A DNA stretch of 63,518 nucleotides, counting the filler, from Octopus bimaculoides (Eukaryota), in assembly GCF_001194135.2 (NCBI RefSeq). It is 6 parts of 6 records of this genome, joined end to end, with 100 filler letters (N's around TTAATTAATTAA, not from the genome) between each part and the next. Parts side by side here need not be neighbours in the genome. Positions count along the whole stretch, not along the records: positions 14,752 to 44,884 come from NC_069007.1; positions 44,985 to 47,770 come from NC_068994.1; positions 47,871 to 53,497 come from NC_069000.1; 3 more parts are not named here. One strand, written 5' to 3'. The stretch's first letter is position 1; the number at the start of each line of letters is the position of its first letter. Shown piece by piece: positions 40,206 through 52,686 of this stretch. The notes under the pieces were generated by a model. The model saw only the letters and a program-made list of their open reading frames with translations. It did no database searches and was not told the origin of the DNA. Both the position numbers and the translations under genes were made by a program.

Positions 40206-40280
40206 AGTGGACTCCTATATACTAGAAATAGATGTCAAATCATTGATTCGGCATCTATCTCTAGCATATAGGAGTCCACT
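40206..40280. repeat. 75-nt near-perfect hairpin
   Basis: agtggactcctatatactagaaatagatgtcaaatca-t-tgattcggcatctatctctagcatataggagtccact; 37-bp stem with four transition-type mismatches. Confidence 0.85.
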
Positions 40281-40594
40281 TTTGCTGGTCGTTCCTCTTA
40301 TTTTTGTATGTAATATAATTTTAATCTTCGGATTTTTTTAATATGCTAGACCACTGGTTTTAATTGATTAATATCAATTTCTACCCTCATTAATAAATTT
40401 TATATATATATATATNNNNNNNNNNNNNNNNNNNNNNNNNNNNNNNNNNNNNNNNNNNNNNNNNNNNNNNNNNNNNNNNNNNNNNNNNNNNNNNNNNNNN
40501 NNNNNNNNNNNNNNNNNNNNNNNNNNNNNNNNNNNNNNNNNNNNNNNNNNNNNNNNNNNNNNNNNNNNNNNNNNNNNNNNNNNNNNNNNNNNNN

Positions 40595-40751
40595 CATGAA
40601 CTCATCAATGAAAATCCACTGTCACATAGAAAAATTAATAATTATTATCTTTATCTTATGATATTTACTTTGTATTATATTATACTTATTTATTGAGCTT
40701 TTAATTATTAATTTTTCTATATGACAGTGGATTTTCATCGATGAGTTCATG
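40595..40751. repeat. MITE-like element with 50-bp inverted arms
   Basis: Arm 40595-40644 versus the reverse complement of 40702-40751 has two mismatches; AT-rich spacer; the left end abuts an N gap. Confidence 0.8.
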
Positions 40752-42402
40752 AACCTTGGTTCTTTTCCCTAAAACGATATATTTATATGTATTTTACTCT
40801 GTGAAACTTAATTTAATTTTAATTTTTAATAAATTGATTTTAATTGAGTTTTTGCACACACACACACACATATATACTGTTTTAAATAAACTGAAAGGCA
40901 GCCCATCCTTAACACGGCTGTTTAGTATACTAGAAATAGCAGTTATTAAACATACCAAACAGCCACTATTCTGATCCTCTCCGAATATGCCGCAAAGGGG
41001 GAAAAAAGTCCTCTGCAGTATATTAACAGGTGAAATTAATGGATAGCACCTGAAAACAGAATGAAGAAAGCAAAATAACCCCGAGGTGGAGTGGGGGGGG
41101 GGGAATTTCCAAGGTGCAAGTTGACTAGGAACCTGGGACCCACCAAAATTGTTCCCAATTGGGCCCTGCATACCATATCATATACAGGTTACACTATTTT
41201 ATTCTTGTTTCTAACTGAAAAATTTCGGGCTGTGACTTCTACATTAGTCTGACTTAGACAGAGATAAATACAGAAACACAGTATGTTGAATGAAGGTTAG
41301 GAGAGAAACTGACCCATGACATAACTGTCAGAAATAATTTATAGATGTTAAATAAACACACACACACACTCATACAGACAGACACACACACCCACACACG
41401 TGCATACATACACCCATACATGCCACACAAACATACACACATGCACACAAATATACACGCACACACTCACATTTATACACACAAGACAGAATCTTCAGTG
41501 TTGTGACGTAATGAATTAAACATTAATTTCAGAATTTTTATCAAAAAGCAATCAGTATCACCTACAGGAAAATGTAGAATGGTTTTGAATTAAAAACATC
41601 TCGTCTGTAGCGTTTCTGGCACCTCTGACATGAAACAATTTTGGATAATTGAGGAAAAAATTCTAACAGTTTGACAGTTTATCAAATTGGCAATTTGAGA
41701 AAATATACAGTCATACAATATCAGCTAAAGACAGAGTAACACGGTTTTTGTCATTGGGTAGCAATTGTTATTTCCTATTTGCTTATCTCTAGAAAGTATG
41801 AAAAATGGCTAATATTTCCTTCAAGCTTTGCTTTTCTTACCTTTATTCAAACCCTAAAGAATCCCTCTCCTCAACACATAGCTATGATACTTCCCCACTA
41901 CTTCTGCTCGTGATCAGAGATGCACATATTGTCAGCCATTAAGGGACTTGCTCAAGGTCAAGCAGCCAACAAGCAAATCTGTGCTACAGACTTGGTCGAC
42001 CTGAGGCTATAGTACAAGACACTTACCCAAGGTGTCATGCAGTGGGACTGAAGCTGGAACCATGTGGTTGGAAGCAAGCTTCTTACCACACTACCATGCC
42101 TACACCTATAAAAGGAAAAATTAGCAACACTAAACTGCAATTAAAGAAAGGTTTCAAAAAAGAAACGGGAAATTCTACATTTTTTTTTTTGTTTATCTAA
42201 ATTTTGGAACTTTTTTGTGTATTTTTATAACATTGCCATATGAAAATCAATAAATTTCCTTAGGTCACCTTCCTCAAAGTCTGTTGTTCTTGCTACCATT
42301 TCTGCTGTTGATGTTGTTGTTATTCTGATATCAGTTAATTATTGTTCCAGTTATTGGTTATTTTAGGCAACTGCTATATATTTGTCAACTGCTTGTAACC
42401 TG

Positions 42403-44500
42403 TAACCTTTTGATACCAATCTATCTGAGACTATCTCTTATTCTGTGACATATTTCCTGTTTTAAAACTATCTAAATTAAAAACTTGCATCAAAATTTCA
42501 ATTTCATTTCTATTCCAAACACCACTTTAATAACGACAAATGATTTGCTAAATTCTACTTCCTTATTTTCAAAACTAATTGAAGCAAAAGTTGTCTAGTT
42601 CTACAGAAATGCAGTAACAAAAGGGTTAAAGGGATCTAAATTAAAAGACTTCCATCATAATTTCGAGCTCATTTATATTCCAAACACCACTTTAATAATG
42701 ACAAAGATATTTTACTAAATTCTTCATTATTTTCAAAATTAATTGACACAAAGGCAGTGTATTTCAACAGGAATATGGTAAGAAAAATGTTAACACTTTT
42801 GTTACCAGTCTCTTTTACTCTTTTACTTATTTCAGTCATTTGACTGCGACCATGCTGGGGCACCACCTTTTAGTCAAGCAAGTCAACCCAAGGACTTATT
42901 CTTTGTAAGCCTAGTATTTATTCTATCAGTATCTTTTTGCCGAACTGCTAAGTTACAGGGACATAAACACACCAACATCAGTTGTCAAGCGATGGTGCAG
43001 GGACAAACACAGACACACAAACATATGCACATACACATATATACATATATAGGATGGGCTTCTTTCAGTTTCCATCTACCAAATTCACTCACAAGGCTTT
43101 GGTCGGCCCGAGGTTATAGTAGAAGACACTTACCCAAGGTGTCGTGCAGTGGGACTGAACCCAGAACCATGTGACTGGTAAGCAAGCTACTTACCACACA
43201 GCCACTCCTGCTCAAAAGCTAAAATGCAAACTTTCTGTATTAAAGTGATTTAAACTTAAACTTTCCATTAAAATTTCATGTTAATCTATGATGCAAACAC
43301 CAGTTTAACAATGGCAATAGTATATTAATAAATTCTCCATTATTTTCAAAATTGATTGAAACAAAAACATATTTCAACAAGAATATGATAGCAATAATGT
43401 TACGCTGCTATATTTAATGGTTATTTAAGCAATAGGTTCATGGATAATTAATGGGTTGGAAAGTTGTTGATGAAGGAACAAAACCTCCTGAAATATGGCA
43501 TATAAGCCAATTACCCAATTCTTTATTTTCGATCGCATTGTCTCACATACGAAAATGCGTAACAAAATTGGTGCTAGCTATAGTTTCTACAGAATAATCT
43601 GAAGAGATCATTTTAACAAGTGAGATACAATTTTTCTGATTTAAAGCAATCAAAATTGAAACTTTACATCAAAATGTCATGTTTATCTATGATACAAGCA
43701 CCAGCTTAACAATGATAATTGTTAACAATGATTTTTGATGTGAAACCATATGTTAAAATAGATATTGTTATATTTCAGGATGGTTGTCTGTTTTTTTACC
43801 CCAAATAAACACGTGCTGTACATTCATTCTTCACTCATTTATTACTGTTCTTATTTTATCTTATACCCATTGTCTGCAAATCTTTTGTCACACATTTGTA
43901 ACCTCTTCAGTGACTCTTTCCATCCATGTGTGTCCTCCTACTCTGTTTAATCCATTCCCATGATAAAAATTATTTTCATAAATTCTCCATTATTTACAAA
44001 ATTGGTTGAAACAAAGGCAATGCATTTCAACAGGAATGAAGTGACAATAACGTTACACCGCTATATTTAATGGCTATTTAAGCAATGAGCTTGTGGAGGA
44101 TTAATGGGTTGGATGTCGTGTTGGAATATGACATATACACCCTTTACCAATTTTTCAGCTTTGATCTCATTGTTGTTTACATCTGGCATCTTGGATACAA
44201 CACATTATAACAAAGTCGGTGCTGGTTAAAATTTCTATAGAAAAATCTGAAGAAAGCATCTTAATAAGTGAGCTAACAAAAATGTTAATGCGTTTGATAC
44301 CAGCCTGCTCAAGACCACCCCTAGAGCTAAGATACAAACTTTCTGCTTTAAAGAGATCAAAATTGAAATTCTCACTTTAGATCAATTTAAAACACCAGCT
44401 TAATAATGATAAAATTATTTTTGTAAATTCTCCATTATTTTTAAAATCAATCGAAGCAAAAGCAATGTATTTCAACAAGAATATGGTAGCAACAGACTTT
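42403..44500 (+). repeat. cluster of ~6 diverged piggyBac-like MITE units, interrupted by a SINE
   Basis: Recurrent core caaacacca.cttaataatga...taaattct.cattattttcaaaatt.attgaa.caaa.gca.tgtatttcaacag.aatatggta at ~42520, 42690, 43295, 43690, 43975 and 44390. Confidence 0.75.
42811..43212 (-). mobile_element. SINE family A, full length
   Basis: Reverse complement of 32527-32894. Confidence 0.9.
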
Positions 44501-44557
44501 TCATTTAAAGTAAGCAGTTAGCAGCTTCTTTGTCCTGAATTCCTCTGTTAATAAATA

Positions 44558-44750
44558 CTCTTTTACTCATTTCAGTCATTTGACTGCGGCCATGCCGGAG
44601 CACTGCCTTTAGTCGAGCAAATCGACCCCAGGACTTATACTTTGTAAGCCTAGTACTTATTCTATCGGTCTTTTTTGCCGAACCACTAGGTTACGGGGAC
44701 GGAAACACACCAGCATCAGTTGTCAAGCGATGGTGGGGGGACAAACACAG

Positions 44751-44760
<10 letters not shown>
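44558..44760 (-). mobile_element. SINE family A, 3' half
   Basis: ttcagtcatttgactgcggccatgccggagcac...ccccaggactta...ttgtcaagcgatggtgggggg. Confidence 0.85.
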
Positions 44761-44782
<22 letters not shown>

Positions 44783-44791
44783 GTATATATG

Positions 44792-44824
<33 letters not shown>

Positions 44825-44837
44825 GTGTGTATATATA

Positions 44838-44884
<47 letters not shown>

Positions 44885-44984
44885 NNNNNNNNNNNNNNNN
44901 NNNNNNNNNNNNNNNNNNNNNNNNNNNNTTAATTAATTAANNNNNNNNNNNNNNNNNNNNNNNNNNNNNNNNNNNNNNNNNNNN
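44885..44984. other. artificial scaffold spacer
   Basis: 44N-TTAATTAATTAA(44929-44940)-44N. Confidence 0.95.
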
Positions 44985-45611
44985 ATATATATATATATAG
45001 GTATATGTATACATAAGTGTATATACAAATCTGTATGTTTATATGAACATATACAAACACACACACATGTATATACATATAACACACATACACACATATA
45101 TATATATATATATACATATAAATACACACATACACCCACACACGTATGCACCCCACCCTCCACCCACACACATTGGACTACTGGCTCATCAATTATGCTC
45201 TCTCTCCCATCAATTCTAGACTGCATTTATATTTTATCTTTTAAAAAAAAAATTAATTTTTCATGAGGGAAAAAAAATGTTATTTGTCTCGAACAGGAGA
45301 TGATAAGAAAAACATGTTCTGTGCATTTCTGTCAACAGGTGTCTTTAGAGAAGAACACACACACACACACACGTTCTGCTGTAAAGAGAGACTCTTTATT
45401 CACAAATACCTACATGCACATACACACACATACTTTGTCTTGCTCTGTTGCTTGTACACATACATACATGCACCCACATTCACTCTTGCACTCTCACTCC
45501 CTTGCTTTCTCTCTTTCTCTCATATGCACACACTCTCCCTCTCTTTCATATTCACATACTCTCTCTCTCTCACATGTATTCTCTTTCTTGCTTTCTCTCT
45601 CTCTTTCTCTC

Positions 45612-45906
45612 TGAGTTCAAATTCCGCCGAGGTCGACTTTGCCTTTCATCCTTTCGGGGTCGATAAATTAAGTACCAGTTACGCACTGGGGTCGATAAAT
45701 TAAGTACCAGTTACGCACTGGGATCGATAAATTAAGTACCAGTTACGCACTGGGGNNNNNNNNNNATAAATTAAGTACCAGTTACGCACTGGGGTCGATA
45801 AATTAAGTACCAGTTACGCACTGGGGTTGATATAATCGACTTAATCCGTTTGTCTGTCCTTGTTTGTCCCCTCTGTGTGTAGCCCCTTGTGGGTAGTAAA
45901 GAAATA
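45612..45906 (+). mobile_element. SINE family D containing a 32-bp tandem array (at least 5 units)
   Basis: Unit ggggtcgataaattaagtaccagttacgcact repeated over 45656-45822. Single-unit relatives occur at ~52800, ~53050 and ~56050 (reverse). Confidence 0.85.
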
Positions 45907-46370
45907 ACACACTCTAGCTATGCTAGTGACTGCACGTGCCAAGTATAAGCTGTTTATTCATAGTTCTGAGTGGAGCTCAAAATGCATGCTTCTACACAAC
46001 AGCAACAAATATGGACTAATTTCAATTGGTCACTCAACTAAAATGAGTGAACAACAGGAAACAATCACATTGGTCTTACAGAAGATATACCACAATCACC
46101 AATGGCAAATCTGTGTGGTTCTGAAGATGGTGAAATTTTTTATTTTGAGGGGTGGGGGTCAGTTAAGTGGATACACTAAATATCTCTGCTTTATAAGTCT
46201 GTGGGGCAGAAGATCTAAGAATGAGCATTGGGAGAGAAAAGAATAGCCTCTGACAAAGAAAAACATAGTTATTAGAAAAAAAGAACTGAGTTGAGGATCT
46301 TGGGCTGACTGAGAAAGGGTCGTTTTTACTGCCCCCTGCACATCAGACTAGGTTCAATGAAATGGTTTGT

Positions 46371-46670
46371 GAGATTGGGAGAGAGAGAGAGAGAAAGGGT
46401 GGGAGAGAGAAAAAGGGAAAGTGAATAGGAGAAAGGAAGAGAGAAAGAAAGGGGAGAAAAAGGGAGAGAGAAAGAGAATTGGAGAAAAGAAGAGAGAGAA
46501 ACAGAAAGAGAAAGTGAGAGAGAGAAAAGGGAGAGAAAGAGAAAGTGAGAAGAGGGAAGGAGAAAAAGGGAGAGAGAAGAGAAAGAGAGAGACAGAGAGA
46601 AGAGAGAGAGAGAGAAGAGAAAGAAAGAAAGAGGGAGAGAGAGAGAAAGAGAGAGAAAAGTGAGAGAGAG
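46371..46670 (+). repeat. ~300-bp polypurine (GA-rich) tract
   Basis: Almost exclusively A/G on the plus strand. Confidence 0.9.
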
Positions 46671-47359
46671 CATATGTGTGTATGTGCATCTGTGTTTGTG
46701 TGTGTGTGAGAGACATGTGTATTTGGTGCATGAGAGAAAGTGCAAGCATGTGTGTGTGTGTGTGTTTGCATGTGTCTGTGAGTGCAGGTATGTGTATGGG
46801 TGCATACGTGCACGTTTGTATTTGTGTGTGTGTGTGTGTGTGTATATCTATATGTCTATGTATGAGCATGTATGTGTGTGTGTATGTGCACGTGTTTATG
46901 CTATGTGCTTATTTGGGTGCGTATGTATGAGTATGTCTGTGTTTGTGTGTGTGTGTGTGTGTGTGTATCTGCATATTTGTGTGTGTGTATGTAAAATCTG
47001 CTTGATTGGAAACAGAGATAGACGGTGTGAGGAATAAGTATGATAAAAAAAAAAGAAAATATGTTGCTGTATTGATAAACAAAAACATAGGAAGAAATAA
47101 AAAAATTTAGACTGAATGTGGAGAGAGAGAGAGAGAGAAGAAGAAGCTGGCCAGTGTAAGGAAGAAGTCTAGAAGAGAAAGGAGGAGGCAAGGAGAAAGT
47201 GAGAGAGAGGGGTGATGGAGGAGGAGGCAGTTACAGAGACTAGACTAATATATAACCAGGTAGATAGACCTGTAGATTGATGTAGAGTCAGAGAAAGGAA
47301 GTTAGACTGAGGTAGGCATAGACTATGAAATCTGAAATCTAAATTGATTGACAGATAAA

Positions 47360-47395
<36 letters not shown>

Positions 47396-47443
47396 ATACA
47401 TTTCTTTCATTAGCCACACAGGGCTCAACACAGATGGGACAGA

Positions 47444-47479
<36 letters not shown>

Positions 47480-47610
47480 TAGATAGGCAGATAGATGCAT
47501 AGACAGATAGATGGATGGAAAGATGGAGATGTAAATGTAGATAGATAGATAGGTAGATAGGCAGTTAGAGGCATAGATAGACAGACAGATAGATAGATAG
47601 ACAGACAGAC

Positions 47611-47641
<31 letters not shown>

Positions 47642-47682
47642 TAGATAGACAGACAGATAGATAGATAGATAGATAGACAGAC

Positions 47683-47719
<37 letters not shown>

Positions 47720-47770
47720 CATTTCTTTTATTAGCCACACAGGGCTCAACGAAGATGGGACAAATACAAT

Positions 47771-47870
47771 NNNNNNNNNNNNNNNNNNNNNNNNNNNNNN
47801 NNNNNNNNNNNNNNTTAATTAATTAANNNNNNNNNNNNNNNNNNNNNNNNNNNNNNNNNNNNNNNNNNNN
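47771..47870. other. artificial scaffold spacer
   Basis: 44N-TTAATTAATTAA(47815-47826)-44N. Confidence 0.95.
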
Positions 47871-48218
47871 ATATATATATAAGAGGATAAGTTTATAACT
47901 TCATTAAACCAAAGCACAAAGATAAAAATAAAAATAGAACTGCATCTGGAAGTGCTCAGGTGACACTGAAGCGAAAGGAGAAATAAATTGAAAGGTCTAA
48001 TGAATAAATGCTCCAATCGGTCAAAACTAATTTATATCATTCCCAAATTATCAAAAATCTAATATAAATATATATCAAAATAATAGGGCACCCAATGGTA
48101 AAACCCAATAGTATCAAATATACACGTATGCACAAATAAAAGACGATAAAACCTAAAAGGGTTATACGAGTGAAGTTGAATGAAGAAAAATATATGGAAT
48201 AAATTCATGCATAATAAA

Positions 48219-48815
48219 GGCTGTGTGGTAAATAGCTTGCTTACCACATGGTTCTGGGTTCAGTCCCACTGTGTAGCACCTTGAGCAAGTGTCTTCTACT
48301 ATAGCCTCGGGCCGACGAAAGCCTTGTGAGTGGATTTGGTAGATGGAAACTGAAAGAAGCCCATAGTATGTATATATATGTGTGTGTGTCTGTGTTTGTG
48401 TTTGTCCCCCCCCCCTACCATTGCTTGACAATCGATGTTGGTATGTTTACATCCCCATAACTTAGCGGTTTGGTAAAAGAGCTGATAGAATAAGTAATAG
48501 GCTTACAAAGAATAAGTTCTGGGGTTGATTTGCTCGACTAAAAGTGGTGCTCCAGCATGGCTGCAGTCAAATGACTGAAACAAATAGAAAGAAGCAAGAA
48601 TGTGTGTGTGTGTGTCTGTATTTATGTGTCTCTGTTGATTGACACCTGATGTTGGTCTGTTTATGTCCCTGTAATGTAGCAGTTCAGCAAAAGTGACCGA
48701 TAGAATAAATACTAGGCTTACAAAGAATAAGTCCTGGGGTCAATTTCTTTGACTAAAACCCTTTATGGTAGCACTCCAGCATGGCTGCAACCAAATAACT
48801 GAAACAAGTAAAAAA
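48219..48815 (+). mobile_element. SINE family A full copy followed by a second 3' half
   Basis: 48219-48590 is collinear with 32527-32894; 48620-48815 repeats the gatagaataa.tactaggcttacaaagaataagtcctgggg...cagcatggctgca block. Confidence 0.85.
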
Positions 48816-49015
48816 ATGAAATATATATGTGCTTATGTGTGTATGTTGATGTCGAGGGAATTTAGAAACTCAGAGAGAATGTGAATTCATTCATATTTTA
48901 CAACTGAACTCAAAATAGAAAATCTGTAGCTACTCAATGGAAGAATGTTTGCTATGTTTACAGATGCAGGTTCAAATCTAATGGGCAATCTTGCACCTTT
49001 CCTATGCAAAGGGGT

Positions 49016-49077
<62 letters not shown>

Positions 49078-50352
49078 TATTCTTTATAGCATAAGATTAT
49101 GGTTTTGTTTCCTGGACCAGATGATGTGTTGTGTTCTTGGGCAAAACATTTTCATGTTGCTCCAGTCCACTCAGCTGTAGAAATGAGTTTAGCCTGGAGA
49201 GGGATGGGCTCTGCCAGGCTTTCTCACCCTAGATACACTTTATGGCTGCTGCACTCCAATGAGCCCCGAGGGGTTAAGGGACTTGTCAGAACTTTATAAC
49301 TTTTTTACCGTCAAAAACAAATTATTTCACATACGCATATATGCATATACATACATACATATATGCATGTCTGTATGTATACACTCACACACACACACAC
49401 ATATATATACACACACACATGACAGACTTCCACACAGTCTGTGCCTATCAAATTCACTCACAAGGCATTTATCTGTCTGGGACTATAGTTCACTATAGCA
49501 GAAGACACTTACCCAAAGTGCCAAGCAATGACATTGAACCTAAAACAACATGGTTGCAAAGCGAGCTTCTTAACCACACAGCCATGACTGCTTCTATAAG
49601 CCATATGTTTTATTCTTTACAGCTGAAATATCATCAGGTGCTATTTTCATATTTTAACTGCATAGTGAGAGGAGGACTGTCAATGCTTGTGATCCTTTCT
49701 AGGACCTCCTAGGCTAGTGGGAAAAAGGAAGAAGGCCATTTGCAAATGGAGACTTAGTCAAATTGCTTATGAAAGAGTTGACTCCACCAAAAATCAGTCA
49801 TTCACCAGATTAAGTCTACCATTCAAAGACAGAAGCAGTTCCTTTGATGATCTTCCACAAAGTTTGTTTCTACCAAATTTCAACTTTGATAAAGCAAGTT
49901 CTAGCAATATATTTGATGGTGAGTCATCTAGAGGAGAGAAGTTAGTAACTTAGTAAGAGGAGGAAGGAGTGCATTTATAGCACTTCTCAGGACCGCCACT
50001 AAGACTGGCTGGTTAGAGGCAGGGAAGAGGCTGTCAGAGGCAGGGAAGAAGCTGTCAGAGGCATGTGAGGGCTAAAGCAGTTTCCATCTTACAAATTTCA
50101 CTCAACTCAAAGATATGGCAGAAGACACTTTCACCTCAAGTGCTGTTCAGTGGGATCAAACCTGAAATGACATAGTTACAAAGCAGATTTGTTAACCATG
50201 AAGCCTTACCAACTCTTTAATGTAAACTACAACTAAGTCTTTGCTTGTTCCTTTCTAACTGAAGTGAGTTACTCTTATGTGGCCCTTGTCATACAGCCCT
50301 GAACAACATTTGACATTGTTTATTGATGTGGTGAATCTGTTTTGTGTTCTAG

Positions 50353-50508
50353 GCAAGCCTGTGAGAAGTTTCATCTTCCACCACCCGATTCAAACCAGAT
50401 TACTGAACTAAAAGAGAAACTGGCCGGCTTTGAAGGCATAGTTATTGTCTACAATGACTACAAGAATGAACTGGAAGACTTAACGAAAGAAGATTGGATA
50501 TCCTTTGG
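50353..50508 (+). CDS. DYNC2H1: internal exon of cytoplasmic dynein 2 heavy chain 1-like gene (tail/linker region)
   Basis: Acceptor ttttgtgttctag|, donor GG|gtaagt, 156 bp, phase 2-2, open frame QACEKFHLPPPDSNQITELKEKLAGFEGIVIVYNDYKNELEDLTKEDWISF(G). It aligns without gaps to the recalled human segment DDCHHFRLEEPNF...IWAFYEEFQQGFQEMANEDWITFR (shared C, F, L, P, I, Y, EDWI, F). The alignment is from memory. Confidence 0.72.
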
Positions 50509-50635
50509 GTAAGTTGATGTCATAATTGAGCTAGAGGTCGGTTTCAGTTTCTGCTGTGATCAACCTGTTTTTGTTTTTGCTTCAGACATAGTTTAATTTA
50601 AACCACATTATCTAAGGTATAATTATAATATATAT

Positions 50636-50822
50636 CACGTAAAAGCACCCACTACACTCTCTGAGTGGTTGGCGTTAGGAAGGGCATCCAGCTGTAGAAA
50701 CTCTGCCAAATTAGATTGGAGCCTGGTGTTGCCATCCGGTTTCACCAGTCCTCAGTCAAATCGTCCAACCCATGCTAGCATGGAAAGCGGACGTTAAACC
50801 ATGATGATGATGATGATGATGA

Positions 50823-50825
<3 letters not shown>
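50636..50825 (+). mobile_element. RTE 3' end / family C with (GAT)n tail
   Basis: gtggttggcgttaggaagggcatccagctgtagaaactctgcc...cccatgctagcatggaaagcggacgttaaac-(gat)n. Confidence 0.85.
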
Positions 50826-50863
<38 letters not shown>

Positions 50864-52142
50864 GAGAGATAGAGAGATAGATAGATAGANNNNNNNNNNN
50901 NNNNNNNNNNNNNNNNNNNNNNNNNNNNNNNNNNNNNNNNNNNNNNNNNNNNNNNNNNNNNNNNNNNNNNNNNNNNNNNNNNNNNNNNNNNNNNNNNNNN
51001 NNNNNNNNNNNNNNNNNNNNNNNNNNNNNNNNNNNNNNNNNNNNNNNNNNNNNNNNNNNNNNNNNNNNNNNNNNNNNNNNNNNNNNNNNNNNNNNNNNNN
51101 NNNNNNNNNNNNNNNNNNNNNNNNNNNNNNNNNNNNNNNNNNNNNNNNNNNNNNNNNNNNNNNNNNNNNNNNNNNNNNNNNNNNNNNNNNNNNNNNNNNN
51201 NNNNNNNNNNNNNNNNNNNNNNNNNNNNNNNNNNNNNNNNNNNNNNNNNNNNNNNNNNNNNNNNNNNNNNNNNNNNNNNNNNNNNNNNNNNNNNNNNNNN
51301 NNNNNNNNNNNNNNNNNNNNNNNNNNNNNNNNNNNNNNNNNNNNNNNNNNNNATATACATACATACATATATGTTTCGAATAATGAGAGAAAAGGGAAAA
51401 CCTTTGCTGCAGTGCACCTAATTAGTGCTCTATATGAACAAAATATAACATAAATCAAATATATATATATATATATATATGTATTTAGCTATGTTTAAGT
51501 TTTTTAAGGTATAGATAGGATAAAATCTGAACTTGTGAACATTGATTGCCTTAATAAAAAAATAAAAAAATATTTTTCGAATTTAGTTCAATTTGATCAA
51601 CTTAAAGTTAAAGCGTAAAATTCTTTATATTTTGGCATTTTAATAATTCATGGGCTTAGCATTGTATTTGAACCTATGAACCTTCTATATATAAGCTGTA
51701 AGTTAGCAATCATTGTAAATTATAAATTAGAAATATCATGTAAATATTTGAACTGTTCCTACATATATAGATTCACCTTTATATAGACTGTTCCTACATA
51801 TATGGATTCACGTTTTTTTAAAATTATTTACCAATCTTTAATTAATACAATCTGACTCTTTAGTTAAATAGGTAACCTGATTTAACTCGAAATCTAAGTC
51901 TTCATTCCTTTCTCTTATCGGATATTGAACCTGTCCTTTTATTTTTACAAGTATTTTTATTTTCATTTGCACAAATGTTTTATTTCACAACATTTTTTCT
52001 ATATCCTTGCAAACTTTTTGAAAAAAGAACTAATTATTCTTTTTAAAAGCTATAACATTATTCAATATGATTTCAAGTTCTGTGAGTAGGAAATATTTTA
52101 AACTTTATCATATTTTTAAACTATTTTAATCGATTTTTTTGT

Positions 52143-52226
52143 ACCTCTGATGAGGGAAAAGCAACTATTTGTATTGGCTGGAAAATTCGCCCAATACAAA
52201 CACATTCTCCAAAACAATGGTAAGAT
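52143..52226 (+). ncRNA. degenerate minimal hammerhead-like motif
   Basis: acct-CTGATGA-ggg..tttgtattgg/ccaatacaaa..tcc-AAAAC-aatg-GTA-agat. The core G12 is read as A and stem I has one mismatch, so it is probably inactive. Confidence 0.4.
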
Positions 52227-52686
52227 TTTGTACTACTGCTTTTTTGGGGGGGATTGTAATACTGGATCGCTTGAAGCCTAAGGTTTCGATGAATTTTTAT
52301 GTATTTGGTATTCTGACGATAAAGGAATTTGACTTAAGAAAATCTGTCCTCCATTTTGATTTATGTTGCACATATATATATATTTGTTGGTGATAAGGTG
52401 TGATATGAATGAATTTGGCTTGTATTTCTAGCTGGTCTGATTAAGCAGTCCCATAGTCTTTGATACTGACTCTTATGATGTTGCTGAGTTCCAGGTCAGC
52501 CTTGATCAAGCAAACCTATGATGAAAATTGCTTCAGCTTTTGCATCCCCTCTTTTGTATATTTACAAAAACAACAACTAATATATACCTCCATTTTCAAA
52601 ATAGTAAGAATGTGACTTGAGAGATCAAGCTGTCCAATGTAGTGGCTCTTCCATGGACTTGTGCTCTTGTTATTATTGTTGTTGTT

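Noticed and set aside
45656-45822. CRISPR-like 32-bp repeats
   Set aside because: No spacers, located inside a SINE, eukaryotic context.
49700-50070. ORF 49717..49953 and a possible CR1/L2 3' remnant on the minus strand
   Set aside because: Only a faint motif resemblance with stops in all frames; too weak to annotate.
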